A stretch of 64,000 nucleotides of DNA, from positions 3,168,001-3,232,000 of the forward strand of contig OZ252098.1 in NCBI GenBank assembly GCA_965248355.1, read 5' to 3'. The notes below the pieces were generated by a model. That model was not told where the DNA came from and made no database searches. It saw nothing but the letters and a program-made list of their open reading frames with translations. Origin of the DNA: Candidatus Latescibacterota bacterium. Its GTDB lineage: Bacteria > Latescibacterota > UBA2968 > UBA8231. Position numbers and translations under genes: made by a program. This document shows positions 52,480 to 63,658 of this stretch, piece after piece. Position 1 is the stretch's first letter. Every line of letters begins with the position of its first letter.

Positions 52480-52962
52480 GTGTCCGATCCCGGCGCCGGC
52501 CGCCTGACCCATCTCGACGAGTCGGGCCGCGTGAAGATGGTGGACGTCTCGGACAAGCCGGTGAGCGAGCGCTCGGCCCGCGCCGGAGGCCGCATCCGCA
52601 TGCGCCCGGAGACGGTGCGGCGCATCACCGCCGGGGAGGTGGCCAAGGGCCATGTCCTGGAGACGGCGCGCATCGCCGGAATCCAGGCCGCCAAGAAGAC
52701 GGCGGACCTGATCCCCCTCTGCCACCCCCTCAACCTGACCGCCGTCGACGTGGAGTTCACCCTCGGCGAGGACCGCATCGAGGTGGAGACCCGTGCGCGC
52801 CTGGCGGACCGCACGGGGGTGGAGATGGAGGCCCTCACCGCCGCGGCGGTGGCCCTGCTGACGATCTACGACATGTGCAAGGGCGTCGATCGCGGCATGG
52901 TGATCGACGAGGTGCGCCTGCTGGAAAAGCGCGGCGGCGCCAGCGGCGAGTACGCGCGCTAG
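52480..52962 (+). CDS. moaC: Cyclic pyranopterin monophosphate synthase
   Basis: [33 protein letters not shown]. Confidence 0.96.
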   Translation: MSDPGAGRLTHLDESGRVKMVDVSDKPVSERSARAGGRIRMRPETVRRITAGEVAKGHVLETARIAGIQAAKKTADLIPLCHPLNLTAVDVEFTLGEDRIEVETRARLADRTGVEMEALTAAAVALLTIYDMCKGVDRGMVIDEVRLLEKRGGASGEYAR

Positions 52963-52975
52963 CCGTCCCGGTCCT

Positions 52976-53902
52976 TCACCCCAACAGGCCGGCCAGCTTG
53001 AGGAGCACCGCCTTCTGGCTGTGCAGGCGGTTCTCGGCCTGGTCGAAGACCACGGACCGCGGGTCCTCGACCAGCTCGCTCTCGATCTCGTACCCGCGGT
53101 GGGCGGGCAGGCAGTGCATGATCAGCGGGTCCTGGCCGCGGAGCACGTCCCGGGTCAGCTGATAGGGCCTCAGGGTGCGCAGACGCCGCTCCCTCTCGGC
53201 GGCGAAGGCGGGATCGTCGAAGTACTCCATGTCGAGCCAGGTGTCGGTGTAGACCACGTCGCAGCCGGCCACGGCGGCGGCCAGATCGCCGGTCTCCACG
53301 TAACGGCCGGAAGCCCGCGCCTCGGCCAGCAACCCGTCGTCCACGGCGGCCTCGTTCACCTCGGGCGCCGCGACGGTGACGTGCATGCCGATCTTGAGGC
53401 CGGCGGCGATCAGAGAGTTCGCCACGTTGTTGTGGACGCCCACGTAGGTCAGTCTCACCCCCTCCAGGCGGCCCAGCTTCTCCCGCACCGTCTGCAGGTC
53501 GCACAGGGCCTGCAGCGGATGGTAGCGGTCGCAGCATCCGTTCATGACCGGGACCTCGGAGGCGGAGGCCGCGGTGACCACGTCGGCGTGCGCCAGGAAG
53601 CGGACCACGAGGAAGTCGAAGTAGCGGGACAGGACCCGGATCTCGTCGGACAGGTCGGCGAGGCCGAAGTTGGTGGCCCGCCAGTCGAGGTAGACCGACT
53701 GCCCGCCGAGCTGCCCCATGCCCACCTCGCCGGAGCAGCGGGTCCGGGTCGAGGTCTTCTGGAACAGCAACGCCAGGGAGCGCCCCTGCAGGGCCTCGGC
53801 GAAGCTGCCGGGATCGGCCTTGAGCCGCCGGCCGGCTTCGACGACCTGGAGGATGTCCCCGGCGCTCCAGTCCTTGAGGGTCACCAGGTGCCGGGGGCTC
53901 AC
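52976..53902 (-). CDS. argF: Ornithine carbamoyltransferase
   Basis: FQKTSTRT, HPLQALCD, YTDTW, MHCLP, QAENR; GTG start overlapping the upstream stop. Confidence 0.9.
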   Translation of the reverse strand: MSPRHLVTLKDWSAGDILQVVEAGRRLKADPGSFAEALQGRSLALLFQKTSTRTRCSGEVGMGQLGGQSVYLDWRATNFGLADLSDEIRVLSRYFDFLVVRFLAHADVVTAASASEVPVMNGCCDRYHPLQALCDLQTVREKLGRLEGVRLTYVGVHNNVANSLIAAGLKIGMHVTVAAPEVNEAAVDDGLLAEARASGRYVETGDLAAAVAGCDVVYTDTWLDMEYFDDPAFAAERERRLRTLRPYQLTRDVLRGQDPLIMHCLPAHRGYEIESELVEDPRSVVFDQAENRLHSQKAVLLKLAGLLG

Positions 53903-54873
53903 GGCAGAAATTCCTCCACGGCGGCCAGCAGGCGCGAACGGACCACCTCGGGCTCTCCCTCGATGCGGCAGCCCGCGGCCTGGGGGTGCCCCCCGCCGCC
54001 GAAGTGGCGGGCCACGGCGCTCACGTCCACGGCCTCGCGCGACCGCAGGCTGACGCGGAACCGCACCGGCTCCTCCTCCCTGAGCAGGGCCGCCACCTCC
54101 ACGCCCCTCACCATCAGGCCGTAGTTGACGACCGCCTCGGGGTCGCCGTGAGCCAGCTCCTCCCGGCGCAGCCCCAACAGGGCGACGCGGTCCCCGCAGT
54201 GCAGCTCCATGGAGTCGATGGCGCGCCCGAGCAGCTTGACCGAGCCCAGGGTGGCATTGCTGTAGAGCCCGTCGGCGACCCGGTCGAGCCGGGCGCCCCG
54301 GCGCAGCAGATCGGCGCCCACCTCCATCGACGTGGGGGTGGTCAGGGAATAGCGGAAGCAGCAGGTGTCGAAGAGGAGGCCCGCGCTCAGGAGCTCGGAC
54401 AGGGTCCGGTCGAGCTCCAGGCCCATGTGCAGGGCCAGGTGATAGAGCATCTCGCAGGTGGAGGAGACGGCGTCGGAGGCCAGGTTCACGGCGCCGAAGC
54501 GCTGGTTGTCCGGGTGGTGGTCGATGTTGAGCACCGAGGCGCCGGCGGCCAGGCATCCCGCCACCCGGCCGGTGCGCTCGAGATTCGAGCAGTCGAGGAC
54601 GACGGCCCGTCCGTGGCCGCCGGGCGCGGCGAGGGCCTCGACGATGCCGTCGGTCCCCGGGAGAAAGGCATAGGCATCGCCGGGCCGCTCCTGCAGGACC
54701 ACGGTCGAGCGCTTGCCGAGTTGCCGCAGCAGGCCCTCCATGGCCAGGACGGCGCCGATGGCATCGCCGTCGGCATTGACGTGGGCGGTGATCAGGAAGT
54801 CGTCCCCGGCGCGCAGAAAGGCGGCGGCGGCATCGAGATCGGAGACCGGGATCGGTGTGGGCCGGTCCGGCAT
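53899..54873 (-). CDS. nrnA: DHH/DHHA1 oligoribonuclease / PAP phosphatase
   Basis: HVNADGDA, IDHH, SLRS, FGGGGH. Confidence 0.88.
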   Translation of the reverse strand: MPDRPTPIPVSDLDAAAAFLRAGDDFLITAHVNADGDAIGAVLAMEGLLRQLGKRSTVVLQERPGDAYAFLPGTDGIVEALAAPGGHGRAVVLDCSNLERTGRVAGCLAAGASVLNIDHHPDNQRFGAVNLASDAVSSTCEMLYHLALHMGLELDRTLSELLSAGLLFDTCCFRYSLTTPTSMEVGADLLRRGARLDRVADGLYSNATLGSVKLLGRAIDSMELHCGDRVALLGLRREELAHGDPEAVVNYGLMVRGVEVAALLREEEPVRFRVSLRSREAVDVSAVARHFGGGGHPQAAGCRIEGEPEVVRSRLLAAVEEFLP

Positions 54874-54881
54874 GGGGCGGC

Positions 54882-55643
54882 TCAGCGGCACAGGACGAAG
54901 TGGACGCGGTCGCAGAGGTCCGAGCCCGGGCGCAGGCTGAAGCCGTCGAGGAGCTCGACCAGGTCGAAGGGACCGGCGTCGACGGCGGCGGTCAGCTCGC
55001 CGCAGTCGTAGATGCGCTGCACGTGAGTCTCCCGGGTCCGGGATCCATCGTCGAACCGGATGTCGAAGTCGTTGTGCTGGAGTCGCTCGCCGGCCGCGTA
55101 GTGACTGTGCCGGCTGTAGCTGAATCCCCGGCCCTGCTCGGCGCTGCGCACCTCCCTGAAGTGACGCAGGGAGTTCTGCTCGGTGCAGACGTCGAAGATA
55201 AAAAGCCCGCCCTCCGACAGCACGCCGTGGACCTGGTCCAGCGCCTCCCGGACCTGGTCGAGGGTCACCAGGTAGTTGAGGCTGTCGTAGAGGCAGACCG
55301 CGGCGCCGTACTCGCCGACCCCCGAGAGATCCCGCAGATCGCGGACCCCGAAACGCACGTCCCGCTCCTGCCGGGAGGCCTTGTCCCGGGCCACCTGGAT
55401 CATCGCCTCGGAGGCGTCGTACCCGGTGAGGCGGTAGCCCGCCTTCGCCAGGGCGAAGGAGGCGTTGCCCGTGCCGCAGGCCAGCTCCAGGAGGCGGGCC
55501 GGCTCGCAGTGATGGCGGCGCAGCAGGGAGGCGACGTAACCGGCCCAGGCTGCGTAGTCCACGTGACGCATGACGAAGTCGTAGATCGACGCCAGGCCTT
55601 CGTAGGGGCGCCGCTTCAGGAGGGCGGGCTCAGGGCTCGTCAT
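54882..55643 (-). CDS. Class I SAM-dependent methyltransferase
   Basis: LELACGTG, DASEAM, YDSLNY, GGLFIFD. Confidence 0.9.
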   Translation of the reverse strand: MTSPEPALLKRRPYEGLASIYDFVMRHVDYAAWAGYVASLLRRHHCEPARLLELACGTGNASFALAKAGYRLTGYDASEAMIQVARDKASRQERDVRFGVRDLRDLSGVGEYGAAVCLYDSLNYLVTLDQVREALDQVHGVLSEGGLFIFDVCTEQNSLRHFREVRSAEQGRGFSYSRHSHYAAGERLQHNDFDIRFDDGSRTRETHVQRIYDCGELTAAVDAGPFDLVELLDGFSLRPGSDLCDRVHFVLCR

Positions 55644-55923
55644 CGAAGGACAGGACCTCCGCCGGCAGGGGCTCGCGGCGAAGCTCGCGCAGGTAGCGGG
55701 ACCGCGCCGGGCGCGCCACCGGCCGCTGGGGCAGGTCGAGGACCTCCACCTGCAGGCGGTGGCCGCCGGCCTCGACCTCCAGTACCTCGCCCACGCGCAC
55801 GGTTCGGGATCCCCGCGCCGGAGCTCCGTCGATGCGGACCCGGCCCTCGTCACAGGCCCGCCGCGCCTGGGAGCGGGCCTTGAACAGACCCGCGTTCTTC
55901 AGGAAGGCGTCGAGGCGCGCCAA
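55630..55923 (-). CDS. S4 RNA-binding domain protein (Hsp15/YabO-like)
   Basis: RLDAFLK..KARSQARRACDEGRVRIDG. Confidence 0.88.
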   Translation of the reverse strand: MARLDAFLKNAGLFKARSQARRACDEGRVRIDGAPARGSRTVRVGEVLEVEAGGHRLQVEVLDLPQRPVARPARSRYLRELRREPLPAEVLSFDDEP

Positions 55924-55927
55924 GGGC

Positions 55928-57277
55928 TCAGCCGTCTTCCCCGGGAGCCTCCCCCACGACGGCGTCTTCCGGCGGCGGATCGTCGCCTTCCGACCGCAGG
56001 GGGTCCCAGAGCCAGTCGTCCTCGAGGCGTTCCTCCACGTGGATCTCCTGGCGGTAGTCCTGAATCACCTCCTCCATGCGCACGGCGACCCGGTCCTCGC
56101 GAACCAGCGCCTCGAGGGTGGCGAAGTCGTCGTTGATCTTGAAGATGTGTCCGCCCGTGTCGAGGAGGACGGGCTCGCTCACGCCGCCGAGGCCCAGGTG
56201 GCCGATGAAGGGGATCAGGGCATTTGGGATGGCGCCGCGGTCGAGGATCTGCCACAGCCCTCCCTGTCGGGCCGACTGCGCGTCCTCCGAGTGGTCCCGC
56301 GCCAGCTGGGCGAAGTCCTCGCCGGCCAGCGCCCGCCGGCGCAGATCCTCGAGCCGGTCCCGCACCCGCTCCTGGTCGGCCTCGGTGGTCCGCGCCCGCA
56401 CCAGGATGTGGCTGACGCACATCTCCCCTTCCCGCTTCTCGTGCAGCAGGATCAGGTGAAAGCCGAAGCGCGTCAGCACCGGCTCGCTCGTCTCGCCGGG
56501 ACGCAGATCGATGGCGGCGCGCTCGAAATCGGCGGTCAGGGTGCCCGGCGAGAAGCATCCCAGGTCGCCGCCGCCGGCGGCGGTGCCGGGATCCTCCGAC
56601 AACTGGCGGGCCACGGCGGCGAACTCCTCTCCCGAGTCGAGGCGCTGCCGGATGCGGTCGATCCGTTCGCGGGCGGCGCTACGGACCTCCTCGGCGGGAG
56701 TCACCTTGAGGTTGACCTGGCTCACCGAGATCTTCGGCGGCAGGGAATCGAGCCAGGCCTCGCGGAAGGCCTCCACGTCGCGGCGCGTGATGTACTGCTG
56801 ATAGGCGAGCTGGGAGACCATCTGGTCGTAGAGCAGCCGGTGCCGGATGCGCTTGCGCTCCCGCGCCTTCAGCTGGCGCTCCGTCATCCCCGAGTTCTCC
56901 AGCAGCTGCTCCATCTCGCCGGGCGCCATGGAGGCGCGCATGCGTCCGATCTCGGAGTTCAGGTATTCCTCCACCTGGAGCGGATCGACCTCGATGCTGT
57001 CCTTCTGCGCCTTCTTGACGACCACCAGCTCGTCCACCATCTCCTCGAGGACCCGGCGGCGTTCGCCGGCCACCTCCACCGGGTCGAGGAAAGCCGGATT
57101 CCGCCCCTGCTGCTGCAGCTCGAGCAGCGTGCGCAGCTCCAGCTCCGACCAAAGCACCACCTGGTCGTCGACCACGGCCACGATGCGCTCCAGGAGCTCC
57201 GGCTCCGCCGGCGCCGGCGACGGCAGGAGAGCTCCCCAGGCGAGCAGGCCGAGGAGCCCGCGGAGCCGGCCGCTCAC
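55928..57277 (-). CDS. surA: SurA-like periplasmic chaperone with two parvulin domains
   Basis: ERIVAVVD, FAAVARQLSED..GGDLG, SHILV, second parvulin; signal peptide. Confidence 0.82.
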   Translation of the reverse strand: MSGRLRGLLGLLAWGALLPSPAPAEPELLERIVAVVDDQVVLWSELELRTLLELQQQGRNPAFLDPVEVAGERRRVLEEMVDELVVVKKAQKDSIEVDPLQVEEYLNSEIGRMRASMAPGEMEQLLENSGMTERQLKARERKRIRHRLLYDQMVSQLAYQQYITRRDVEAFREAWLDSLPPKISVSQVNLKVTPAEEVRSAARERIDRIRQRLDSGEEFAAVARQLSEDPGTAAGGGDLGCFSPGTLTADFERAAIDLRPGETSEPVLTRFGFHLILLHEKREGEMCVSHILVRARTTEADQERVRDRLEDLRRRALAGEDFAQLARDHSEDAQSARQGGLWQILDRGAIPNALIPFIGHLGLGGVSEPVLLDTGGHIFKINDDFATLEALVREDRVAVRMEEVIQDYRQEIHVEERLEDDWLWDPLRSEGDDPPPEDAVVGEAPGEDG

Positions 57278-58086
57278 GGGGCCCCCAACAGGGCTTCGTC
57301 GATCTGCCATGTGTGGTCCTTTCGGAGGCGGTCGAGGAGGGAGTCGAGGCGCTCCCGGTGGCGCTCCCGGACCAGCTCCTCCTCGATGCGCTCCCGCACG
57401 CCGGCCTCGTTCAGGGAACGGAGACTGCCGGCCTTCTGGCGGTCGCGAAGACGCACGATGTGAAAGCCCCGCTTGGTGGCCACGACCCCGGAGACCTGCC
57501 CCGGCTGCAGGCTGACGCAGGCTTCCCAGAACTCGGGAAACCCCCGGGCGCCGAAGTAGCCGAGGTCACCCCCCGACGCCGCGGTCTCCGGGTCGAGGGA
57601 GTACTCGGACACCCGGGCCTCGAAGCCGCCAACGCGCAGCAGCTCCTGAAGCAGGCTCTCGGCGTCGCGCCGGGAGCCGACGAGGATGTGCTGCGCCCGG
57701 ATCTCGTCCTCCCCCCGCGTGAACTCCCCCGGGTTCCGGTCGTAGTAGCTGCGCACGTCCCTGTCGGTGATCTCGATGGGCTGGTTCTCGAACTCCCCGT
57801 CGAGGAAGGCGGCCACGATGACGTCCTGGCGGGCCTGCTCGACGAGACGCCGGATCCGCGGCCTCTCGTGCACTTGCCTCGCCATGGCCTCCTCGTAGAG
57901 CAGCTGCTGCCGGACCCAGTCCTCGACCAGCCGCCGGCGCTGCTCCCGGGTCGGGGCCTCGCCGGGGATCTGGCCGTCCAGCTCGAGCAGGGTCAGCGCC
58001 GACTCGCCCACGCGGGCCACCACCACCTCCCGCTGTGGGGAGGAGGAACAGCCGGCGAAGGCGCAGAGGAGAAGGACGATCCGCAC
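57274..58086 (-). CDS. PpiC-type peptidyl-prolyl isomerase, lipoprotein
   Basis: FAGC lipobox, AQHILV, GGDLGYF, GFHIV. Confidence 0.85.
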   Translation of the reverse strand: MRIVLLLCAFAGCSSSPQREVVVARVGESALTLLELDGQIPGEAPTREQRRRLVEDWVRQQLLYEEAMARQVHERPRIRRLVEQARQDVIVAAFLDGEFENQPIEITDRDVRSYYDRNPGEFTRGEDEIRAQHILVGSRRDAESLLQELLRVGGFEARVSEYSLDPETAASGGDLGYFGARGFPEFWEACVSLQPGQVSGVVATKRGFHIVRLRDRQKAGSLRSLNEAGVRERIEEELVRERHRERLDSLLDRLRKDHTWQIDEALLGAP

Positions 58087-58093
58087 CGGAGGG

Positions 58094-61000
58094 CTAGAGC
58101 AGTCGTTCCACAAGGTCGCGGGCCTTCTCCAGCCGCTCCTGCTCGTCCGGGGCGCGCAGGAAGGTCTCGATGGTGAGCCTTTCGCCGACGCTGAACTCCA
58201 GCTTGGAGGACGACTTCTCCACCAGCCGCCGGAGGTCGGCGGGGGCCATCTGCCGGGGGTCGGAGAAGGTCAGCCGGAACCGGGACTTCTGCAGCTGCAC
58301 GGCCGCCAGCCCGAGCTGCCGCGCCATGACCTTGATCTCCATGATGTGGAGCAGCGACGCCGCCTGCCACGGGAGGCGGCCGAAGCGGTCCTCCATCTCC
58401 TCGCGGACGGCCAGCAGGTCGGCGACGCGCGCGGCCCCGGCCAGGCGCTGGTAGAACTCCATCTTCAGGTCGGTGTCGGGCACGTATTCGTCGGGGAGGT
58501 AGGCGGTGACGGCGATCTTGATCTCGGGATCGGCCGTGTGCTCGACCCTCTCGCCCTTCAGCTCGCGCACGGCCTCGTCGAGGAGCCGCGTGTAGAGGTC
58601 GAAGCCGACGGCGGTGATGAACCCGTGCTGCTGCGCCCCCAGGAGGTTTCCGGCGCCGCGGATCTCCATGTCGCGCATGGCGATGTTGAATCCCGAGCCG
58701 AGGTCGGCGAACTCCTCCACGGCGCGCAGGCGCAGCCGCGACTTGCGGGTCAGCCGCTTGCCCTTGGGCACCAGCAGGTAGGCGAAGGCGCGCTCCTTCG
58801 AACGGCCCACGCGGCCCCGGATCTGGTAGAGCTGGGCCAGGCCCAGCATGTCGGCGCGGTTGACCAGGATCGTGTTCACGGAAGGGATGTCGATGCCGGA
58901 CTCGATGATCATGGTACTGACGAGGCAGTCGTACTTCCGTTCCAGGAAGTCGAGCATGATCCTCTCGAGCTGGCGGGCCGGCATCTGGCCGTGGGCCACG
59001 GCGAAGCGCACCTGGGGCAGCAGCTCCGACAGGTATTCGCCGAGCCGGTGGATCGACCGCACGCGGTTGTGGACGAAGTAGACCTGCCCCCCGCGCGCCA
59101 CCTCACGCTCGATGGCGGTTACGATGCGCCCCTCGTCGAAGGTGATGATCTCGGTGTGGATCGGCAGCCGGTCCTGGGGAGGCGTGTTGATCACCGACAT
59201 GTCGCGGGCCCCCATGAGGGACATGTGGAGGGTCCGCGGGATCGGCGTGGCCGTGAGGGTGATGACGTCGACCTGACGCTTGAGCTGCTTCAGGCGCTCC
59301 TTGTGGCGCACTCCGAAGCGCTGCTCCTCGTCGACCACCAGCAGCCCCAGGTCCCGGAAGCGGATGTCCCGGCTCAGGATGCGGTGGGTGCCGATCAGGA
59401 CGTCCACCTTGCCCGCCTTCACATCCTCGACGACCTGCTTCTGCTCCCGGGCCGTGCGGAACCGGGACAGGACTTCCACCCTCACCGGGAAGGGCTCCAT
59501 GCGCTCGGAGAACACCTGCAGGTGCTGCTGCGCCAGGATCGTCGTCGGCACCAGCACCGCCACCTGCTTGTGATCGCACACGGCCTTGAAGGCGGCGCGC
59601 ACCGCGACCTCCGTCTTGCCGTAGCCCACGTCGCCGCAGACGAGACGGTCCATGGGATGGGGTTCCTCCATGTCCCGCTTCACCTCTTCCACCGTGCGCA
59701 GCTGGTCCGGCGTCTCGTGGAAGGGGAAGGAGGCCTCCAACTCGCGCAGCATGGGCGAGTCCCCGGAAAACCCCACCCCCGGCAGGGACTTGCGCTCGGC
59801 GTAGAGCTGGATCAGCTCGGCCGCCGCCTTGAAGATCTCCTCGCGGGTGCGCTCCTTGAGCTTCTCCCAGGCCCCCGAGCCGAGCTTGCTGAGCAGCGGT
59901 GGGGCGCCGTCGGCGCTGCTGTAGCGCCGCAGACGGTCGAGCTGCTCCACGGGCACGAAGAGCTTGTCCCGGCCCTGGTAGGAGACCTCCAGGCAGTCGT
60001 GGTCGCGGTTGGAGATCGTCAGCCGGCGCAGGCCGAGGTAGCGGCCGATGCCGTGGTCCACGTGGACGACGAAGTCGCCGCGGCCCAGGGCGTCGAAGGA
60101 GGAGATCGGTTTGGCCGCCTTGAAGCGCCGGTAGCGGTGGCGGCTCTTGTTGCGCGAGAAGATCTCGTGATCGTTGAGGATCGCCACCTTCGCCTCGGGG
60201 AAGACGAAGCCGCGGCTCAGATTGCCGAGGCCGAAGACGGCATCGTCGGCCCACTCGGCGAAGATCTCCTGCAGGCGGCTCGACTGGCCCCGAGTCTCGC
60301 TGAGGATGTGGACCTCGTAGCCCTCCCCGGCCAGCCGGGTGATCTCCTCCTTGAGGACGGTCAGCTCGCCGTGCACGATGCGCGGCTCGGTGGCGCCGAA
60401 GCGAACGGCGCCCCCGGACTGGCCCACCGGTGCGGTCCGCACGCGGGGGTGCCGGGCCACCTGCTCGTTGAGCCAGGCCGTCTCCCGCACCAGGCGCTCC
60501 GGCGGCAGGTGGGTGCCGCGGCCGGCGTGGCGGTCGTAGTCGCGCCGCGAGGGGGCCCGCAGCTTGTCGACCTCGGTGCCGATGTCGTCGGCCTCGTCCG
60601 CCCAGACCACGGTATCGGCGCCGAGATACTCGAAGAGGCCGTCGCTGGCGCCGTAGAGCACGCTCATGACCGCCTCGATGCCCTCGAGGGTGGCGGTGCC
60701 GAGCTCGATCTGGTCCTTGATGTCGGTGAGGTCGACGCCGGTCTCCGTCTCCGCGCGCTCGAGGTTGGGCACGAAATCGTCGAAGAAGGGCCGGTGCAGG
60801 ACGACCTCGCGCGCCGGCAGCACGGCCGCCTCGGGGCAGGCCTCAAGGGACCGCTGAGTGGCCACGTCGAAGGTGCGGATCGACTCGATCTCGTCGTCGA
60901 AGAACTCCAGGCGCAGCGGGTGCTCGACCCCGGGGGGATAGATGTCGAGGATACCGCCGCGGGAGCTGAACTGCCCGAGGCCGTCGATGATGGGCACGCG

Positions 61001-61504
61001 CTCGAAGCCGGCGTCCACGAGATGGGAGACCAGGCCGTCGAGGGCCTGGATCTGGCCGCTGGCCAAGCGCAGCGTGGACCGTTCGAGGACGGCGGCCGGA
61101 ATCAGCGGTCCGAGCAGGGCCGCCGCGGGCGCGACCACGATCGCCGGGGCGCCGTCGGCCAGCCGCGCCGCGGCCTCGACGCGCAACGCCGAGACCTCCA
61201 CGTCCGGCGAGCGTCCGTCGTAGAGGTCGACGTCCCACATGGGGAAGTAGCGGACCACCTCCTCGCCGGCGATCGCCGTCAGGTCGTCGCGCCAGGCCTC
61301 GGCCCGGCTCTCGTCCGCCGCCAGGACCAGGATCGATCGCCCCAGCTCGCGCTGGGCCGCGGTCAGCAGGAAGGCGCCGAGGCTCGCCGGCAGGCCCTGG
61401 ACCAGGACCTCCTCCTCGCGGGCAAGGCGGTCCAGGACCTCTCGCACGGGAGCGGACTGGGCGGTCGTTCGGGCGACGGGATCGAGAGCGGGGGCAACGG
61501 CCAA
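58094..61504 (-). CDS. mfd: Transcription-repair coupling factor
   Basis: RGGILDIY, CarD/TRCF domain [30 protein letters not shown]; start uncertain. Confidence 0.96.
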   Translation of the reverse strand: MAVAPALDPVARTTAQSAPVREVLDRLAREEEVLVQGLPASLGAFLLTAAQRELGRSILVLAADESRAEAWRDDLTAIAGEEVVRYFPMWDVDLYDGRSPDVEVSALRVEAAARLADGAPAIVVAPAAALLGPLIPAAVLERSTLRLASGQIQALDGLVSHLVDAGFERVPIIDGLGQFSSRGGILDIYPPGVEHPLRLEFFDDEIESIRTFDVATQRSLEACPEAAVLPAREVVLHRPFFDDFVPNLERAETETGVDLTDIKDQIELGTATLEGIEAVMSVLYGASDGLFEYLGADTVVWADEADDIGTEVDKLRAPSRRDYDRHAGRGTHLPPERLVRETAWLNEQVARHPRVRTAPVGQSGGAVRFGATEPRIVHGELTVLKEEITRLAGEGYEVHILSETRGQSSRLQEIFAEWADDAVFGLGNLSRGFVFPEAKVAILNDHEIFSRNKSRHRYRRFKAAKPISSFDALGRGDFVVHVDHGIGRYLGLRRLTISNRDHDCLEVSYQGRDKLFVPVEQLDRLRRYSSADGAPPLLSKLGSGAWEKLKERTREEIFKAAAELIQLYAERKSLPGVGFSGDSPMLRELEASFPFHETPDQLRTVEEVKRDMEEPHPMDRLVCGDVGYGKTEVAVRAAFKAVCDHKQVAVLVPTTILAQQHLQVFSERMEPFPVRVEVLSRFRTAREQKQVVEDVKAGKVDVLIGTHRILSRDIRFRDLGLLVVDEEQRFGVRHKERLKQLKRQVDVITLTATPIPRTLHMSLMGARDMSVINTPPQDRLPIHTEIITFDEGRIVTAIEREVARGGQVYFVHNRVRSIHRLGEYLSELLPQVRFAVAHGQMPARQLERIMLDFLERKYDCLVSTMIIESGIDIPSVNTILVNRADMLGLAQLYQIRGRVGRSKERAFAYLLVPKGKRLTRKSRLRLRAVEEFADLGSGFNIAMRDMEIRGAGNLLGAQQHGFITAVGFDLYTRLLDEAVRELKGERVEHTADPEIKIAVTAYLPDEYVPDTDLKMEFYQRLAGAARVADLLAVREEMEDRFGRLPWQAASLLHIMEIKVMARQLGLAAVQLQKSRFRLTFSDPRQMAPADLRRLVEKSSSKLEFSVGERLTIETFLRAPDEQERLEKARDLVERLL

Positions 61505-61659
61505 AGGCTGTATGTAGCTGGAAATGAAGGCGTTGCAGCGGCTTGGGAGAAAGGGGCCGCGGCGGAGGAGGAAAAGGCCTAAAATAGTCGGACCCCGCAA
61601 AGCCTGTCAACGCGGGGCCGTCTCCGGAGTCCGGGGACGCCGGAAAGGAGCCGAGCCGC

Positions 61660-62244
61660 TTGCAGCGCCCCAGCCACTTCTTCGCCTACCTGGCGCGCAT
61701 GAAATACATCGCCCGGTGGGGGGTCATGCGCAACACGCGCACCGAGAACATACAGGAGCACAGCCTGCAGGCAGCCATGATCGCCCATGGCCTGGCGCTG
61801 ATCTCCCGGGAGGTCTTCGGGCGCCAGGTGGACCCGGAGAGAGCGATGGCCCTGGCCGTGTTTCACGAGGTGAGCGAGGTGATCACCGGCGACCTGCCGA
61901 GCCCGATCAAGCACCACGACCCGACCCTGCGCTCGGCCTATGGACGCATCGAGGAGTCGGCCCGCCAGCGCCTCTTGCAGATGCTGCCCGAAGAGCTGCG
62001 CGAAGCCTACCGGCCGCTGCTGATGGCCGGCGAGGAGGACGAGCACGCCCGGCTGGTGAAAGCCGCCGACAAGCTCTGCGCCTACCTCAAGTGCGTGGAG
62101 GAGATGAAGAGCGGCAACCAGGAGTTCGCCCGCGCCAAGGCGACTCTGGAGGCCGAGATCGAGGCCCTCGACCTGCCCGAGGTGGCCTGGTTCCTGGAGC
62201 GCTTCGCCCCCGGCTTCTCCCTCACCCTGGACGAGTTGACGTGA
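61660..62244 (+). CDS. yfbR: HD-domain 5'-deoxynucleotidase
   Basis: SHFFAYLARMKYIARW..ENIQEHS, TGDLPSPIK, ADKLCAYLKC. Confidence 0.92.
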   Translation: MQRPSHFFAYLARMKYIARWGVMRNTRTENIQEHSLQAAMIAHGLALISREVFGRQVDPERAMALAVFHEVSEVITGDLPSPIKHHDPTLRSAYGRIEESARQRLLQMLPEELREAYRPLLMAGEEDEHARLVKAADKLCAYLKCVEEMKSGNQEFARAKATLEAEIEALDLPEVAWFLERFAPGFSLTLDELT

Positions 62245-62993
62245 TGGACGCGCGGCTGGCCGACCTCGGCCTCGAGCAGGTGGAACTGAGCCCCGGCCAG
62301 AGGACCCGGCTCGACGAGCAGGGCTTCCTCATTCTGGAGGACATGATCGACCCTTCCTGGCTCGAGAAGCTCCGGCAGGCCTTCGAGGCGATCTGCGGGC
62401 GGGAGGGGGAGGCCGCCGGCAAGGAGGTGGCCCAGGTCGAAGGCGTGCGGAGGCTGGCCGACCTGGTCAACAAGAGCAAGGTCTTTGACGGGATCTACCT
62501 GCAGCCGGCGCTGCTGGCCGCCGTGTGGCATGTGCTGGGGCGTCCCTTCAAGCTGCACTCCCTCAACGCCCACGACCCCCTGCCCGGCCACGGCCAGCAG
62601 GAGCTGCACTCCGACTGGGGCGGCGAGCGCGGCGCCGGTTACCACTTGGTCAACTCCATGTGGATGCTCGACGACATGAGCGCCGACAACGGGGCCACCC
62701 GCATCGTGCCCGGCAGCCACCTTTTCCCCGGTGCCGTGGGCCGGGAGGTCTCCGACCGCCTGGCGCCCTACCCGGGCGAGGTCCTGCTGCAGGCCCCGGC
62801 CGGCTCGGTGGCGGTCTTCAACGGCAGCGCCTGGCACAGCTGCACCCGCAACCGCTCCGGGGCGCCGAGGCGCCTCCTGCACTGCGCCTTCATCGCCCGC
62901 GAGCACCCGCAGCAGACCGACCAGCGGGAGTACCTGAGGCCGGAGACCGGCCGGCGGCTGACGCCGCTGGCGCGCTACGTGCTGGATGTGTGA
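62244..62993 (+). CDS. Phytanoyl-CoA dioxygenase (PhyH) family protein
   Basis: EQGFLIL, LHSD, NGATRIVPGSH, WH..NRS..RR. Confidence 0.88.
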   Translation: MDARLADLGLEQVELSPGQRTRLDEQGFLILEDMIDPSWLEKLRQAFEAICGREGEAAGKEVAQVEGVRRLADLVNKSKVFDGIYLQPALLAAVWHVLGRPFKLHSLNAHDPLPGHGQQELHSDWGGERGAGYHLVNSMWMLDDMSADNGATRIVPGSHLFPGAVGREVSDRLAPYPGEVLLQAPAGSVAVFNGSAWHSCTRNRSGAPRRLLHCAFIAREHPQQTDQREYLRPETGRRLTPLARYVLDV

Positions 62994-63018
62994 AGTGGAC
63001 AATCACCCAGAGGGCCGA

Positions 63019-63405
63019 ATGCGCTTCAATGGAATCTGCATCATATCGCCCGACGTCCGGCGGCTTGCTGGATTCTACATCCAGGTGCTCGGTGCCGAGG
63101 GGACGGTCAACAGTACGTTCGTAGGCCTTGCCACCAAGGGCGCTGCGCTCTCCATCTTCTCTGAGGAAGGCATGGAAAGCATGGCATCCGGGAGCATGCA
63201 GGGCGCAGGTCGTGGCGGCTATACGATCGAGTTCGAGGTCGCCGGCGTAGATCGGCAGTACCAGCGGCTCCAGGCCATGCAGGTGCCGATCGTCAAGCCT
63301 CCGACCACCCAGTCGTGGGGTCGCCGGTCCGTCTGGTTTCGGGATCCGGACGGGAACATCGTCAACTTCTATGCGAACGTGGCGCCTCAGGGGGAGGCCG
63401 GCTGA
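63019..63405 (+). CDS. VOC/glyoxalase family protein
   Basis: IEFEV..VD, WGRRSVWFRDPDGN. Confidence 0.9.
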   Translation: MRFNGICIISPDVRRLAGFYIQVLGAEGTVNSTFVGLATKGAALSIFSEEGMESMASGSMQGAGRGGYTIEFEVAGVDRQYQRLQAMQVPIVKPPTTQSWGRRSVWFRDPDGNIVNFYANVAPQGEAG

Positions 63406-63658
63406 GGGTTGGCGTCTCCTGACGACCCTTGGCGCTGAGTCAGTCCTCCCCGAGGATCCTGGAATCATCCCGTCCGGTGGGCGGTCTGGCCAAAGAAGAC
63501 GTCCCTGAGGACTCCCTTACGGGCGACCGGATGCCAGGGGGTCCCACGGATTCTTGGCGGCCATCCCTTTCAAGGCCCTCCACCGCTTCTATCGGCTCCT
63601 TGTCCGGCCTCCGCAGGGACGAAATAGTCTCTTCCGTGGGAAAGAAAAGCCTTAAGCT

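Noticed and set aside
63410..63655. Possible gene remnant next to the terminal IS
   Set aside because: No frame gives a recognisable protein
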